A stretch of 64,000 nucleotides of DNA from Octopus sinensis. Lineage: Eukaryota. Within the stretch, counting starts at the first letter, position 1; each line of letters opens with the position of its first letter. Shown one piece after another: positions 13,061-25,459 of the stretch. The notes beneath the pieces were generated by a model. The model had not been told where the DNA came from. It did not search any database and saw only the letters and a program-made list of their open reading frames with translations. The DNA lies in contig NC_042997.1 in the NCBI RefSeq assembly GCF_006345805.1, positions 108,128,001 to 108,192,000 on the forward strand, written 5' to 3'. Made by a program: the position numbers and the translations under genes.

Positions 13061-13612
13061 GAGTGAGAGAGCAGTGCATGCCATCAAAGTGACACTGGGG
13101 TAAAATATACGAAGCCCAATATACCCATCATGACTACCCGTCTGATAAGAGTACACCAGGCATCACAACCATATGTGCGCGACATGGTGATCTCATATCA
13201 AGATAAACAGCACATGACCTTGCAGGTGGGGCCCAGTTAGAATTTTCTTCAGGTTGAGTAGCCCATCCCGCTCAAAAGGTCCCTGAATAAGGGTTGTTTA
13301 AGGATGTTGAAAGAACCACCCATGTTTCCAGAGGTGAATTATTCAAACCTCAAAGAATACCTCTCAACATATGGCTATGATGCTCCCCCACTACTTCTGC
13401 TCGTGATCAGAGATGCACATATCGTCAGCCACTAAGGGACATGCTCAACTGGTTAAGGTCAAACAACTGACAAGCAAATCTGTGGTATTGAGCAGAATAT
13501 TTGCTGTAGCCCATCTTTTATACCAAGACAAAACAATGTACATGATAACACTTCCAATCAGTTAAGATCAGAAGCCATGAGAGCCACTGCCTGGTACTGC
13601 ATCAGGGCATTT
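13061..13612 (-). mobile_element. ~558-bp (AAT)n-embedded non-coding element, copy 1
   Basis: Near-identical to 54557-55114 and 46872-47417; (ATT)n on both sides. Confidence 0.9.
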
Positions 13613-13649
13613 ATTATTATTATTATTATTATTATTATATTATTATATT

Positions 13650-13739
<90 letters not shown>

Positions 13740-14240
13740 GAGTGAGAGAGCAGTGCATGCCATCAAAGTGACACTGGGGTAAAATATACGAAGCCCAATA
13801 TCACCATCATAATTATCCATCTGATAAAGGTGTACCAGGCACGTGCATCACAACCCATATGTGCGCAACAGGTGATCTCATATCAAGATAAATAGCGCAT
13901 GACCTTGCAGGTGGGGCCCAGTTAGAATTTTCTTCACATCGAATAACCCATCCCGCTTAAAATGTTCCTAGATAAGGGTTGTTTAAGGTCGTTGAACGAA
14001 ACGCCTATGTTTCCAAAGGTGAAGTATCCAAACCCCAAAGAATTCCTCTCAACACATGGCTATAATGTACCCCCACTACTTCTACTCATCATCAGAGAGT
14101 CAAACAACTGACAAGCAAATCTGTGGTATTGAGCAGAATATTTGCTGTAGCCCATCTTTTATACCAAGACAAAATAATGTACATGATAACACTTCCAGTC
14201 AGTTAAGATGGAAGCCATGAAAGCCACTGATGGTAAGTGT
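13740..14240 (-). mobile_element. (AAT)n-embedded element, copy 2 (more diverged, ~45-bp internal deletion, fused to a LINE fragment)
   Basis: Starts GAGTGAGAGAGCAGTGCATGCC on the plus strand; lacks the GATGCACATATCGTCAGCC...GGTTAAG segment; runs directly into RLE-coding sequence. Confidence 0.85.
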
Positions 14241-14795
14241 CAGCTGTTCAATTTTTTTCAGCCATGTTGGTAGTTGAGTGCTGATACTTCCAAGTGCACC
14301 AATTACCATTGGTAGCACTTCTACTCTTTTTATTGACAACAACCTTCGTATTTCCCACTTCAAACCATCATAGTTGTTTACTTTTTCTTCTTCTTTCACA
14401 TTGATCCTGTTGTCACCGGTGCATGCTATGTCGATTATCATGCATGTTCTTTCTGTTTTATTCACCACAACAATGTCCCGTTTCCGATGTCAGGGCGGTG
14501 ATCGCACTGGATCATTTATCCCATAAGATTTTGCAGTTCTCATTCTCGGTGATTTCCACAGAGCTCCCAATGGATCATTTTTGTCACATTGTCATGGCGT
14601 CTTTTGCGTTCACGTTGCGCCGGTTTCGGGCACATTCGCTAACGTTCACATTTCTTGTCTTGCAAACTGGCCGTACATTGTCTTTCCCTTCCATGCTTTT
14701 TCTTTTTGTTTTTTGTTCATTTCTTGTTTAAATTTTTCTTTAGTTACGCAATTTTCAACAGTGGTTCCACAGCATTTTTACATACCACCCTAAGC
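14241..14795 (-). mobile_element. R4/Dong-type LINE fragment (RLE domain), missing its normal C-terminus
   Basis: RRHDNVTKMIHWELC and CMIIDIACTGDNRINVKEEEKVNNYDGLKWEIRRL...VIGALGSI. Confidence 0.8.
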
Positions 14796-14866
14796 TGTTT
14801 ATTATTATTATTATTATTATTTATTATTATTATTATTATTATTATATTATTATTATTATTATTATT

Positions 14867-15094
14867 GGCGAGCTGGCAGAAACGTTAACACGCCGGGCCA
14901 AATGCGTAGCCGTATTTCGTCTGTCGTTACGTTCCGAGTTCAATTTCCGCCGAGGTCGACTTTGCCTTTCATCCTCTCGGGGTCGATAAATTAAGTACCA
15001 GTTACGCACTGGGGTCGATATAATCGACTTAATCCCTTTGTCTAGCCTTGTTTGTCCCCTCTGTGTTTAGCCCCTTGTGGGTAGTAAAAAAAAA
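14867..15094 (+). mobile_element. SINE family A, full length, inside (ATT)n
   Basis: GGCGAGCTGGCAGAAACGTTA (A box), GAGTTCAATTTCC (B box), GCCTTTCATCCTCTCGGGGTCGATAAATTAAGTACC core, CCCCTTGTGGGTAGTAAA tail. Confidence 0.9.
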
Positions 15095-15984
15095 TTATCA
15101 TTATTATTATTATTACGTAACTTCGTGCTTCCAGAAACATCTGTTGAATTATGAAAATATATATTTTATCTCATTCAGTATGTATGTGCGTAAACTGGCA
15201 TTCCTTTGTGAACTTTGAAATCGGTTACTCGTTTGCTTACTCAAAAACGGTTTGTAACTTCAGAAACCCAATTTGATTGTCTCCAGCTGAAACTGGCATC
15301 AATATGTACTTTATTTAAGAACATTGCATTTTCACTTTTCCATTTTCGAATTGGTAGCTAAGCATCATATCAAATTTAATGAGTTTCTAGAACATCTTTA
15401 TATGCGGTAAGAAAACATCATCAGTTAATATTGATGGTAAAATAGTGTCCCACTAACATATTTTAATTTCTTGGCTAAACTTTCACCTTCCTGGAGTCGT
15501 TTTTATCAAAGAATTCTCAGTTGTTTATCTTTATCTGCTGGGAAGGTCTTTACTCGAAAATGGAATATATTATAGTCATCCTCTTACTCTTATTTCTTCA
15601 AGATGTTCCGCTTCATGAATATTGCTGCTGCTGTTGCTACTGTTGTTGTTGATGTTAATATCACAACCGTTGTTGTTGCTGTTGCTGCTGTTTTATGTTT
15701 GGTTTGATTGTAATATTTCCGGTATTAACATTGCCTTATCTTGTGCATGGGACAAGTCGACCGTGACCTCATGGCTGGCCTGTAGGTCATTTACCAATAT
15801 TTTTTATATATCCTCAAACAAGAATTAAATATGTTTTTAATTTCGGAAATGACTTTAAATTAGACAACATAATTCTTAAAATAAATTCCTAAGAGTTATA
15901 TTCTATCTTTGGTAATGGTTCTTCATAACTTTGGTATCTTCTCACACTGACACAAGAAATGGATTCACGCTAAGAAAAAATCTA

Positions 15985-16083
15985 GGTTTGTGTGTGTGTG
16001 TGAGTGTGTGTGTGTGAGTGTGTGTTTGTGTGTATGTGTGTGTGTATGTATATGTGTGTGTGTGTGTGCGTGTGTGTGTGTGT

Positions 16084-16121
<38 letters not shown>

Positions 16122-16560
16122 AATATTTATAAGAATTTGGTAGAAGTTTGGAAAACGAGAAGACTTGCAAAAGATATAGGTTATCCTCTTCGTGTAGAAA
16201 AACAACAACAACAACACAACAGCAAATAATTTACGACAATCAACAATGATAATTTTCATTTAGTCTTTAATTTATTGAAAATAATATTGTATTTATAATG
16301 TCTTCATAATGTTTATAACTGATATGTATGTATGTATGTATGTATATATGTATATGTGTGTGTGTTTGTATGAATATATGTGTGCGTATGTTTGTGTGTA
16401 TGTATGTATGTATGTATGTATGTATGTATGTATGCATGTATGTATGCATGCGTGTATGTATGTATATATGTATGCATGCATGTAAGTATACGTATATATA
16501 TATACGTATATGTGTGTGTGTTTGTATGAATATATGTGTGTGTATGTATATATATATGTA
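15985..16560. repeat. (TG)n and (TATG)n microsatellite tracts
   Basis: Directly visible at ~15985-16120 and ~16320-16560. Confidence 0.9.
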
Positions 16561-17050
16561 TGTTCCCTTTTTTTTAGTCATTAGAAAGCTGGTTTCTAAC
16601 AGACAACAGTCCATCAGGGGAATGTATATAATAACAACGATAAGTGCTATATATGGAAGTTTAGGAAAGCCTCGCACACATTTACTGTTCCGTCTACAAA
16701 TTGTATTTGTAAAATTCTTGTTAACCGATCTCTTTCTTTGTTTAAAAATCCTGGCTCCTCCAGATTGCGGCTCAGGCATTTAATAACACAAACAAATAGA
16801 CCAATTATTATTGGTATAAATGTAAATATATAATCAAAGTAGCGGAGTTGCACGTCGTTTCGGAGCAGTCGTCCAGAAATATTCTCCTTTTTTGCAGGTT
16901 GTGGAAAAGGTTTTCACATCCGCAGAGCAACATGGCTTTTGTTTTCTCTCCCAAATAACTACGCCATGCCTGTTATGTTCATACTTGCTAAAAGTCTTCA
17001 TGAGAATGTTCCACCAATATTACATGTGTTAATATATATGTATGGAGTCA

Positions 17051-17277
17051 GGCGGCGAGCTGGCAGAAACGTTAGCACGCCGGGCCAAATGCGTAGCCAT
17101 ATTTCGTCTGCCGTTACGTTCTGAGTTCAAATTCCGCCGAGGTCCATTTTGCCTATCATCCTTTCGGGGTCGATAAATTAAGTACCAGTTACGCACTGGG
17201 GTCGATGTAATCGACTTAATCAGTTTGTCTGTCCTTGTTTGTCCTCTTTGTGTTTAGCCCCTTGTGGGCAATAAAGA
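17051..17277 (+). mobile_element. SINE family A, full length, with 20-bp target-site duplication
   Basis: AATATATATGTATGGAGTCA at 17031-17050 and 17278-17297. Confidence 0.95.
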
Positions 17278-17512
17278 AATATATATGTATGGAGTCAGCA
17301 CATAAATATATGTTGTCAATATTTAGCCCAGGGAAGTCTTTCCTATCTATGGTCTTCTATCACCTTTCAGTGACAACCTCATGTTACAGTGGGAACAGCG
17401 ACCATCTCCTGTTACCTTGATGACATTTTTCTGAAATGCCTTCCACAGAAATTTCTTAACATTTTTGGCTGCATCTTGGGAGTTGAAAGATTTCGCTATG
17501 TTTTGTACTTAC

Positions 17513-17843
17513 CTTTTACGCTTGAATTGCAAATAAATAATCTTCGAAATATGGCGAGACATAACAGTCACAAATCCAAAAGATAATGCCAACATTATCA
17601 ACCATTTTAAGACAAATATATCTATGCATGACTTTTCTCTGGTTTGTAGGTTGCTTCCCTTCGAAATGTTTGCTGAGATGCACAAGTCTTGTAATTCAGG
17701 GATTATATCAGAAAATACAAGAAGAACATAAGTAGCTTTTGAAGAGTTCACTATCAAGTAGCAAAATATATTATTCTCTACGTTCTTGAGCATATGGTTG
17801 ATGTCGGTAAATGCAGGACGAAATTTGCTTGGCGGGTACAAAC
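17513..17843 (-). CDS. Candidate coding exon of an unidentified gene (hydrophobic segment followed by a basic patch)
   Basis: 110 open codons ending at a consensus donor AAG|GTAAGT (17513/17512); weak acceptor CCTAG|G upstream. No recognisable homology. Confidence 0.2.
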
Positions 17844-17928
17844 CTAGGTTTAGAATATTTTAGAAACAAGGTCGATATATTTTTTCGATACAAACACAGA
17901 TATCATTATTATTATTATTATTATTATT

Positions 17929-18350
17929 CAGTAGTTTTATTTTTATAGCGTGCTTTCACTTCACTACCGAGCGCAGCTCTATGTGCCTTGGGTATGTGCT
18001 GTGATTTGTTGTGATGCTCTGATGGTTATTGTATGGAAAGTGTTCTGCGTAGGATGTGTGCAGTGCCTAGTAGTGCAATTTTCTGTATGTTATATGTGTT
18101 TGTAAGTCCTGGTGTTTTTGTTATGTATTTGTCTGAATATTTTTTTATCATGCGTAATGCACCTACTATGATAGGAATTGTTTCTGTTTTCAGATTCCAC
18201 ATTCTAGTTACCTCTATTTCGAGGTCTTTGTATTTTGAGAGCTTCTCCATTTCTTTTAGAGACACGTTGTCATCTGCCGATATTGATACATCAATTAGAA
18301 AGCATTTTTTTTCTTCATGATCTCTGACAACTATATCTGGTCTGTTGGCC

Positions 18351-18352
<2 letters not shown>
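17929..18352 (-). mobile_element. R4/Dong-type LINE 3' fragment between two (ATT)n tracts
   Basis: KLSKYKDLEIEVTRMWNLKTETIPIIVGAL...IQKIALLGTAHILRRTL, short 3' UTR, (AAT)n tail. Confidence 0.9.
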
Positions 18353-18406
<54 letters not shown>

Positions 18407-19249
18407 GCTATTATTATTTCCTCACTCTTATGATGTTCTCTCATCATCATCATCATCATCATCATATTTGTAGATTAACCCAAACAGATAAATCCAATAA
18501 TGGGAAAGTAATGTTTCAAACAAGTCCAAAAATGTTTCTACATTTGTTCGTTTTAGTGATGAAGTTTTCCAGGGGATATTCAAATCATTTTCATAACCCC
18601 AACACCACTAAAAGGGTCTTAGCCGGTGCACTTGCTCCCATCGTCTCCTGTTCCCGAGCCTAAGTCTTTATATTTGTTACTTTTACTGTCTCTGTTGACC
18701 TCCATCCTTTTCCTCTCCCTCTCTTTCCTTCTGTAAGTCTGTCATTATCACAGTTTCAATGATAATTTGCAGCTGATGTCGGTATCTTGTGAGTTTTATT
18801 GTCTATGCAGCGGATTTCCTCCACAGACCAGTTAATTATTGATATCAGTGTTGATGTTTCAAATGCATTGTGGGATATTACCTCGTAGTAAGAGAAAAAC
18901 TCCGACTGCCATCCTTTTTCTTAAGAAAATTCCAGCATAAAATTCCTTACACCTCAACATGTATAATATATATATTTTCATTTTCTTTGTATGATATATA
19001 TTTTATTAATAGCTTGGTAGTTTTAGTTCTGATCGGGTGCAACAGTGTTGGGGTTCACAAGTTTAGGGATTTAAAAGTTTGGGGGTTGAAAAACAATTAT
19101 TCGACGTTCAGTTGGCAAATATAAACATTTCTTTTGGCGAAATTCCATCCATTATCAGCTAAGAATTTTTCTAAATCCAGCTGTATCTCAGCTTTGTAAA
19201 AAAATTCCTGTATAGATCTACAGCTCGTCCACATACATACGTGTGTGCG

Positions 19250-19332
19250 TGCGTGCATACATACATACATACATACATACATACATACATACATACATAC
19301 ATACATACATACATACATACATACATACATAC
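19250..19332. repeat. (CATA)n microsatellite
   Basis: Directly visible. Confidence 0.95.
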
Positions 19333-19849
19333 AAAACTAACCTGTTTGATTCTGTCTAAATTCCAATGAAGGAATCTTGTAACTGAGTTAGAAATTGACT
19401 CTGTCTTCATTGGGCAGAAATTCAAAAAATAAAGCCAAGTAAACATATTAAAATACATACCTATAAATATAAAAATAAGCATGCGTATGCACATATATAT
19501 ATCATATGTACACATAACATCTAACATATAAACATATAAGCTTTGAACCATGCATACGTATGTACGCACATTGCAGATAAGCCTGATAATGCCTTATAGC
19601 CAATAGTCAGAGACTATAGACTATGCGGTTTATCAGTAACGTTTTTCCTCCTAGCAGTGACCCCTCCGTTAAGGAAATAATAAAGCTACATGATAGAATC
19701 GGCAGATTAGAGAAAGATTAACTTCATCCATAGTTTTTTTGGTGGTGACCTTATGCTATACTCAAGTAATAGTCATGATACCAAGAGACGGAACTGGTCA
19801 CGGTATTCTCGCAGAATGGAGCTTGCACAGGATAAGTTTTCATATTTTG

Positions 19850-20230
19850 TAGCAAAACGAAGAAACATTACTTGTACCAACATTTGGAATACCAGACTGG
19901 ACACCCGAAGAAATGTGCAACTTGGATATAAGGACTCGGGAAGATACTAGCGACGACTGGTAATGACACCGACAGGGTTCTTTTAAACGAATGGATGGAG
20001 TTAGAGAGAGACAGAAGATGGGTCCACACAGCCTTTGTGGCAGCCTGGGTACGGCATTGTCTCTCTTAAACAACAACAATTGAACAGCAAAAAGAGAAAT
20101 GAATACATGACGTGTATGGTCACCTGTGAAGGTAATAAGATCATGAGATTATGTGAAGAATTCTTCAACGAGTATTTCGGGAGGACAGTAACTCCATGCG
20201 AACCAAGGTAGATGAGCTGACTTCTTTAAA
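19850..20230 (+). mobile_element. Old R4/Dong-type LINE remnant (RT thumb region)
   Basis: LVPTFGIPDWTPEEMCNLDIRTR, frameshift, then KILATTGN..DTDR; resembles the conserved W....LD.KTRK.L...SD.DRLY region of this clade. Confidence 0.55.
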
Positions 20231-21424
20231 AAACGACTTGGAAGAGAAATATTCATAAAAAAAAGTAGCTCCTCATTACATATATTGATTTTTTTGTTTT
20301 GGTTTTTGTTTTAGAAGAAGCTGTCTATAAAATTACCCATAATTCACTAGCTTATAACTTATTGAACGTCTTGTCTTTGTAAGCGTTTACGCTGAAGTTA
20401 TGTCACCGATGTCCCGATTTTCAGTTTGAGGCAAGTTGAACAAGTTTCCTCGTTGTTTTCTGCACGTCTCGGGCAGAAACTATCGCCACTGCATTATAAA
20501 CCAACGAAGCACTCATGCAATCCACACTGCTGACTTTATTGACAGCGGTGAGATGGGGCTATTATGGCGTCTATTTACGGTGGGAGCAAAATGGAATCAG
20601 AGAGAGAAAGAGGAGAGAGAGAAAGAGAAGTGAAGAGAAAAAGAGAATAAAGAGAAATGGAAAGACTGAGAGGGAGAAAGAGAGAGTGAAAGCGAGAGAG
20701 AAAGAGAGAGAGAGAGAGAATATGTGTAGTAAATAATGAGCAGTTCGATGAGTTTATTTCTTACATCGAAGATTTGCTATGGTTCCAGGCGAGAATAAAA
20801 GAGAATTGGTTCCAAACGACAGTGGACAGAAATGTAGTCGCCTGCAACTGCTAACAAAGCGACATGGGAAGTAAGCGTAAAGATAAAAATACAAACAATC
20901 TCATCAACGACCAGCGCTATCGTCTGTTTTGTGCAGGCGACCATCCTGTGCTTATTGATTTCTTTCTTTTTATTTTTGCACCACCATGCGCAAACCTTCT
21001 TCTGGTATTTGTCTTCGGCAGTGAACTCGCAGCTGTTGCTATTATCAAAGTAATCATTCCATTTAGTATTTGTCATGTTTACAGAAATCTTAGTGGTCTC
21101 ATCGACCGAGATTATGTTTATCGGGATCTGCCATTCATTGCTATCAATAATTTTCTTCTCTCTCTCTCTTTCCTTTGCCTGTTTGTTATTATTTATTGCT
21201 CTCGAAAATATTGTTTCATTTTCTTCTCCGTATACAAACATTTATCCATTATTAATTACACACTTCAGATATCTTCTATTTGGATACAGTCATCGACACC
21301 GATGAAATATAGATAGGATAGTTATCTATCATATATAAGTATCTGGGCAAGAATGAAGGCTGGCAATTTCATCATACAGGCGAAACTCCGAAACTTACTA
21401 CGTCGGTCGTGAAGCCATTTTTAT

Positions 21425-21870
21425 TAATACATCCGTCGTTGTCGACGATGACAAAGGACATCATATGGGTAAAGAAGACAGGTCACGGTGTGTCCGTCTG
21501 TGGCCAATCAGTCCGATGTGTGCTCTGAAGGCTCTGCTACAGGTCAGGCACCGGTGGTCTGCTGGGAATGAAGGCAAAGAGTTGGATCTGGATTTGCGTA
21601 GTTCGCATTTTCTTTGTGTTCTTGTAACCCTGTTCTGTTTGTAGGAGGTGGCATCTCTGCTGGTGCAGCTCACCAGGCAGGGCGGTTTTGTGCTTGCCTT
21701 TCCCATGTTTTGGGGTTGATCTCAAAGCACTCCAGTGAGGTTTTGAGTATATTCTTGAAACGTTTTTTCTGTCCACCTTGCGTGCGCTTGCCTCCCACCA
21801 GTTTGTTATAAAACAGTCTTTGGGGAAGTTGTGTGTCAGGTATTCGAAAAAGGTGGTCTTCTCACCTGAC
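21425..21870 (-). mobile_element. RTE (BovB-like) LINE 3' end
   Basis: RIPDTQLPQRLFYNKLVGGKRTQGGQKKRFKNILKTSL; terminal C2H2-like CLTCSRAFRAHIGLIGHRRTH; 3' UTR GTCATCGTCGACAACGACGG. Confidence 0.85.
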
Positions 21871-22612
21871 TTGACATTTAAAATACCAAGATTTCTTGTT
21901 CCGCTTCAGTGTCTTCTCACTTGACAGGTTCAACGAAAAACAATTTTAAAAAAGGGAAACTAATTATTTCCCCAAACACAAAGAAACATTGCTGATGTTT
22001 TTATCTCCAGGTTCCATAACGTGAAGTGGATGATAGAGAAAACGTTGGCCTTCCATAGGAGATATCTTGCCTCTTTCACAATCAACTGAACGCGAGTAGT
22101 GTCATCTCCGAGTTATGAGGTTCTTGAGATCGATCCTATCGATCAACATTTCGAGAAAGAGTCTTTTATCCTAACTTCAGATTGATGAAAGGAATGTGAA
22201 GGAAACTGTACAGAATCCCATCAAATGAACTGTACATGTTGATGCGTTGTTGAATTCAGCCGCCACACAATGAGACTACACAACCACCACCATCACCACC
22301 GCTGACTAAAGGTGAACATAAGATTTCTTTTTACCATTAATCCCATATACTTACATAAATAAATTAGTTAATTCCCAGGCATTTAATTAAATCTATAACT
22401 TCAAATGTTCTGCTACTTAATCTCGACAATGAGGTGGACTAAAATATGTGGAATTTAGTGCAATCAAAAACTTGCCGTGAAATAAGTTATGGCTGCACTT
22501 ACATAGACCCCACCCTTCCCGTTACTCACCCCACACCTCATGGATTAACGATTTCCATTTACTTTGGCTCAAAGTCTCCTTCCTTCTTTTACCTAAAACT
22601 ATCTGTACCCTT

Positions 22613-22646
<34 letters not shown>

Positions 22647-23324
22647 CTTTCTTTCTGTCTTCTAACTGTTGAAACTAACAGGCATTTTTGGACAATATCT
22701 CATCTTGCATTAAAGACCTATTTCTTCTAGTTCACCCTTTTCCAAACTCATAACCGACACTAGCTTCCACATTTCTTGTCATTCTCACATTCGTTCGCCA
22801 TATAAAGCTGTCAGTGAAGCAACCGAATCTTTTCCGATCCTCAACTTTCTTTACCCATTACACCCCACCCACCAGATTATCGACACACTGAAATCCTAAA
22901 CAGTCTTTGATCACTTTATCATCTCCAAACTTCATCCCTTCTAAATCTTTAATTGTTGTTTAGTCGGCGATTAAACCGGCAACCCTGCCAAACCTATTTA
23001 GTAAGGAGTCGGGTTTGAGTTTTCGGTAGACAACCCGCAGGACAAAAAGCAGAACCTGTCAAAGGGCGGACGAACTTATAAGAGTCCACGGTCATATATG
23101 TGGGCGTACATATACATGCATACAAACATGCATACAAACATAGACACACACGTGCACACACATACATACATACATACATACATATATACATACACACAAA
23201 CACATACTGGCGCGCGCATACACATCTATAGATACATAAAAACATACATACGCACATGTTTGCAATACCAGTACTCATATCAACATTTGGGCAGCTTGAT
23301 GGACGCTTGGTAAGATCAGATCCA

Positions 23325-23780
23325 TTGATGTGAAAACTCAGATGATACTAACCAGCATACCGCCTCTACCTAAAACGAAAATAAGGCGTCATCGATCCAA
23401 ACTGTCTTTGAATGTCGTATCGTATCCCTTCGACAACATCATTTAACCACCAAATGTCGAAGTGCATCCCTTGACCAAGTTGGCATACTTGAGGCTGATA
23501 GCATCATAAGACTTGGAAGGCAACTCCTTAAGTAGCATTCCTTGTCTGATAACCTAGAACACCTGCCCAAAGAAGTTGCACGACTCTACTGCAACATATC
23601 ATCAGATGAAAGGATGAACCTATATGAGCAGAAGGTAAAGAATGGATATTAGTAGAAAGCTCCGTGATGATAGTAACATTGATCATCAGAGCAGTCTAAC
23701 ATGGACCAACAACCGGATTACTACTGCCCTCTTTGAAGGGTTTGCATTTGCAATCCAGGAGCAGGAAATATCAATCTATG
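23325..23780 (+). mobile_element. Old R4/Dong-type LINE remnant
   Basis: RLYLKRK, then SRKLRDDSNIDHQSSLTWTNNRIT and FEGFAFAIQEQEI, with frameshifts. Confidence 0.6.
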
Positions 23781-24589
23781 TTAGTACTCATATACAAATG
23801 TAAAATAAAAGATTTCAGTGTTTTCAATGAAACAATCGTTATAGTAAAATGTTTTAGTTAATGTAGTTTAAATGCAACCCATACTGAGGGACCAGGACCC
23901 GTTGTAATAACTGGTGTTGTAAAAGTATAGAGACGACTATACGAAGGTTTAACGCATGAAGATCTTTGATGAAAAAAAGTGACTGATTCTACACGAAAAT
24001 AAAATATTTTCAACGATAGCTTTTTTTTCTCTTCTAACATCTGGAGTTAAACTCAGAGTACAACAACTTAACGAAACAAGTAAATTAAGAAATAATGATT
24101 AATATTATTAATTAAGACATGCAGTTTCATTTTGTTGGAACTAATGAAAAGAATGAGGAATAATTTGAAGCTGTTTATTTATGACTATCTCACTTTAATG
24201 GCGACAATGGACATCCTTCAATGACACAGAAAAGCATTTCGTTTTCAAGTATTTGTTAAACAACATTAAGTTTACTTAAACTCAATAATTCAGTAAACCA
24301 CAAGAATTGAACAAAATAATCGGGTTTCAGTTGTTGCTAGCTTCTTATCCGTAAAAATAAATGACAGCCCCAACTACTGTTGGTGTTGTTGTTGTTATCG
24401 CCGTCTTCGTCGCTGTCGCCAACGTTGTCTTGGTGTCGAGTTTTCCATTTTGAAATTAATCCTCGAGTTACTGTGTTGCCATGCACATGTCTCTTATTGT
24501 CGCTGGTTTACGTTAAAAGACAAAAATTATACTTGAGTCAAGTATGACATGTTGCGCGCCCTGTGTTTTTCATTTAAGATTTAGTACCT

Positions 24590-24819
24590 ATTTCTTTACT
24601 ACCCACAGGGGGCTAAACACAGAGAAGACAAACAAGGACAGACAAACGGATTAAGTCGATTATATCGACCCCAGTGCGTAACTGGTACTTAATTTATCGA
24701 CCCCGAATGGATGAAAGGCAAAGTCGACCTCGGCGGAATTTGAACTCAGAACGTAACCGCAGACGAAATACGGCTACGCATTTCGCCCGGCGTGCTAACG
24801 TTTCTGCCAGCTCACCGCC
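24590..24819 (-). mobile_element. SINE family A, full length, 17-bp TSD
   Basis: TTTAAGATTTAGTACCT at 24573-24589 and 24828-24844; 8 extra nt at the 5' junction. Confidence 0.95.
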
Positions 24820-25459
24820 TTTTTTCTTTTAAGATTTAGTACCTCCACTCATGCCCTTCCCCCATAAAGACGATGACGTACACCAGTGTGGCAAAACCAA
24901 ATCTCCACACCAACCCCACACCCCAATCTCAACAGAAAACAAAAGAAGCACGAGTAACCGAAGAATCACGGCTGTTGTTGCCTGTTCTACATTTTCCAGT
25001 TTCTTTTAGGAATGAGGAAAATACGAAGGGCACGGCACATTAATTCTTGCCACGTCCCTCCAATAATTTCGGGCTTGAATATCGTTGTTCGCTGTTGGGT
25101 GGCGTATCGGTGAACGACAATGTGTATAGGCATAACATGGACAACTAGATACCCGACCTTTGGGTGATGAGCCACATTCACGTCCAAGTCTTCATTCATT
25201 CTTAACGTTAAGAATGAATGGACATTTCGATATGTTGACATTCACAGTTTTTCGTTCTTCGAATAATTTTACCTTGGTTTCACAAACCTTTGCATGCTTC
25301 AGGAAAAATTTTTTAATTATTTCTTTGGATGGGGACAGCTAATGTTACATAGTCGCGAAGTACCGGGAAGTGTCGATTACTGAAGAGGTGATAATTACGC
25401 CGTGACACTGGTGTCTAGTAGTTCAATTATAACATTTAATACAAGTGTGTGGTTTATAC

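Noticed and set aside
16898-17050. TTTTTTGCAG|GTTGTGGAAAAGGTTTT acceptor with a CGKGF zinc-finger-like start
   Set aside because: No His pair or linker follows and no donor was found; likely chance.
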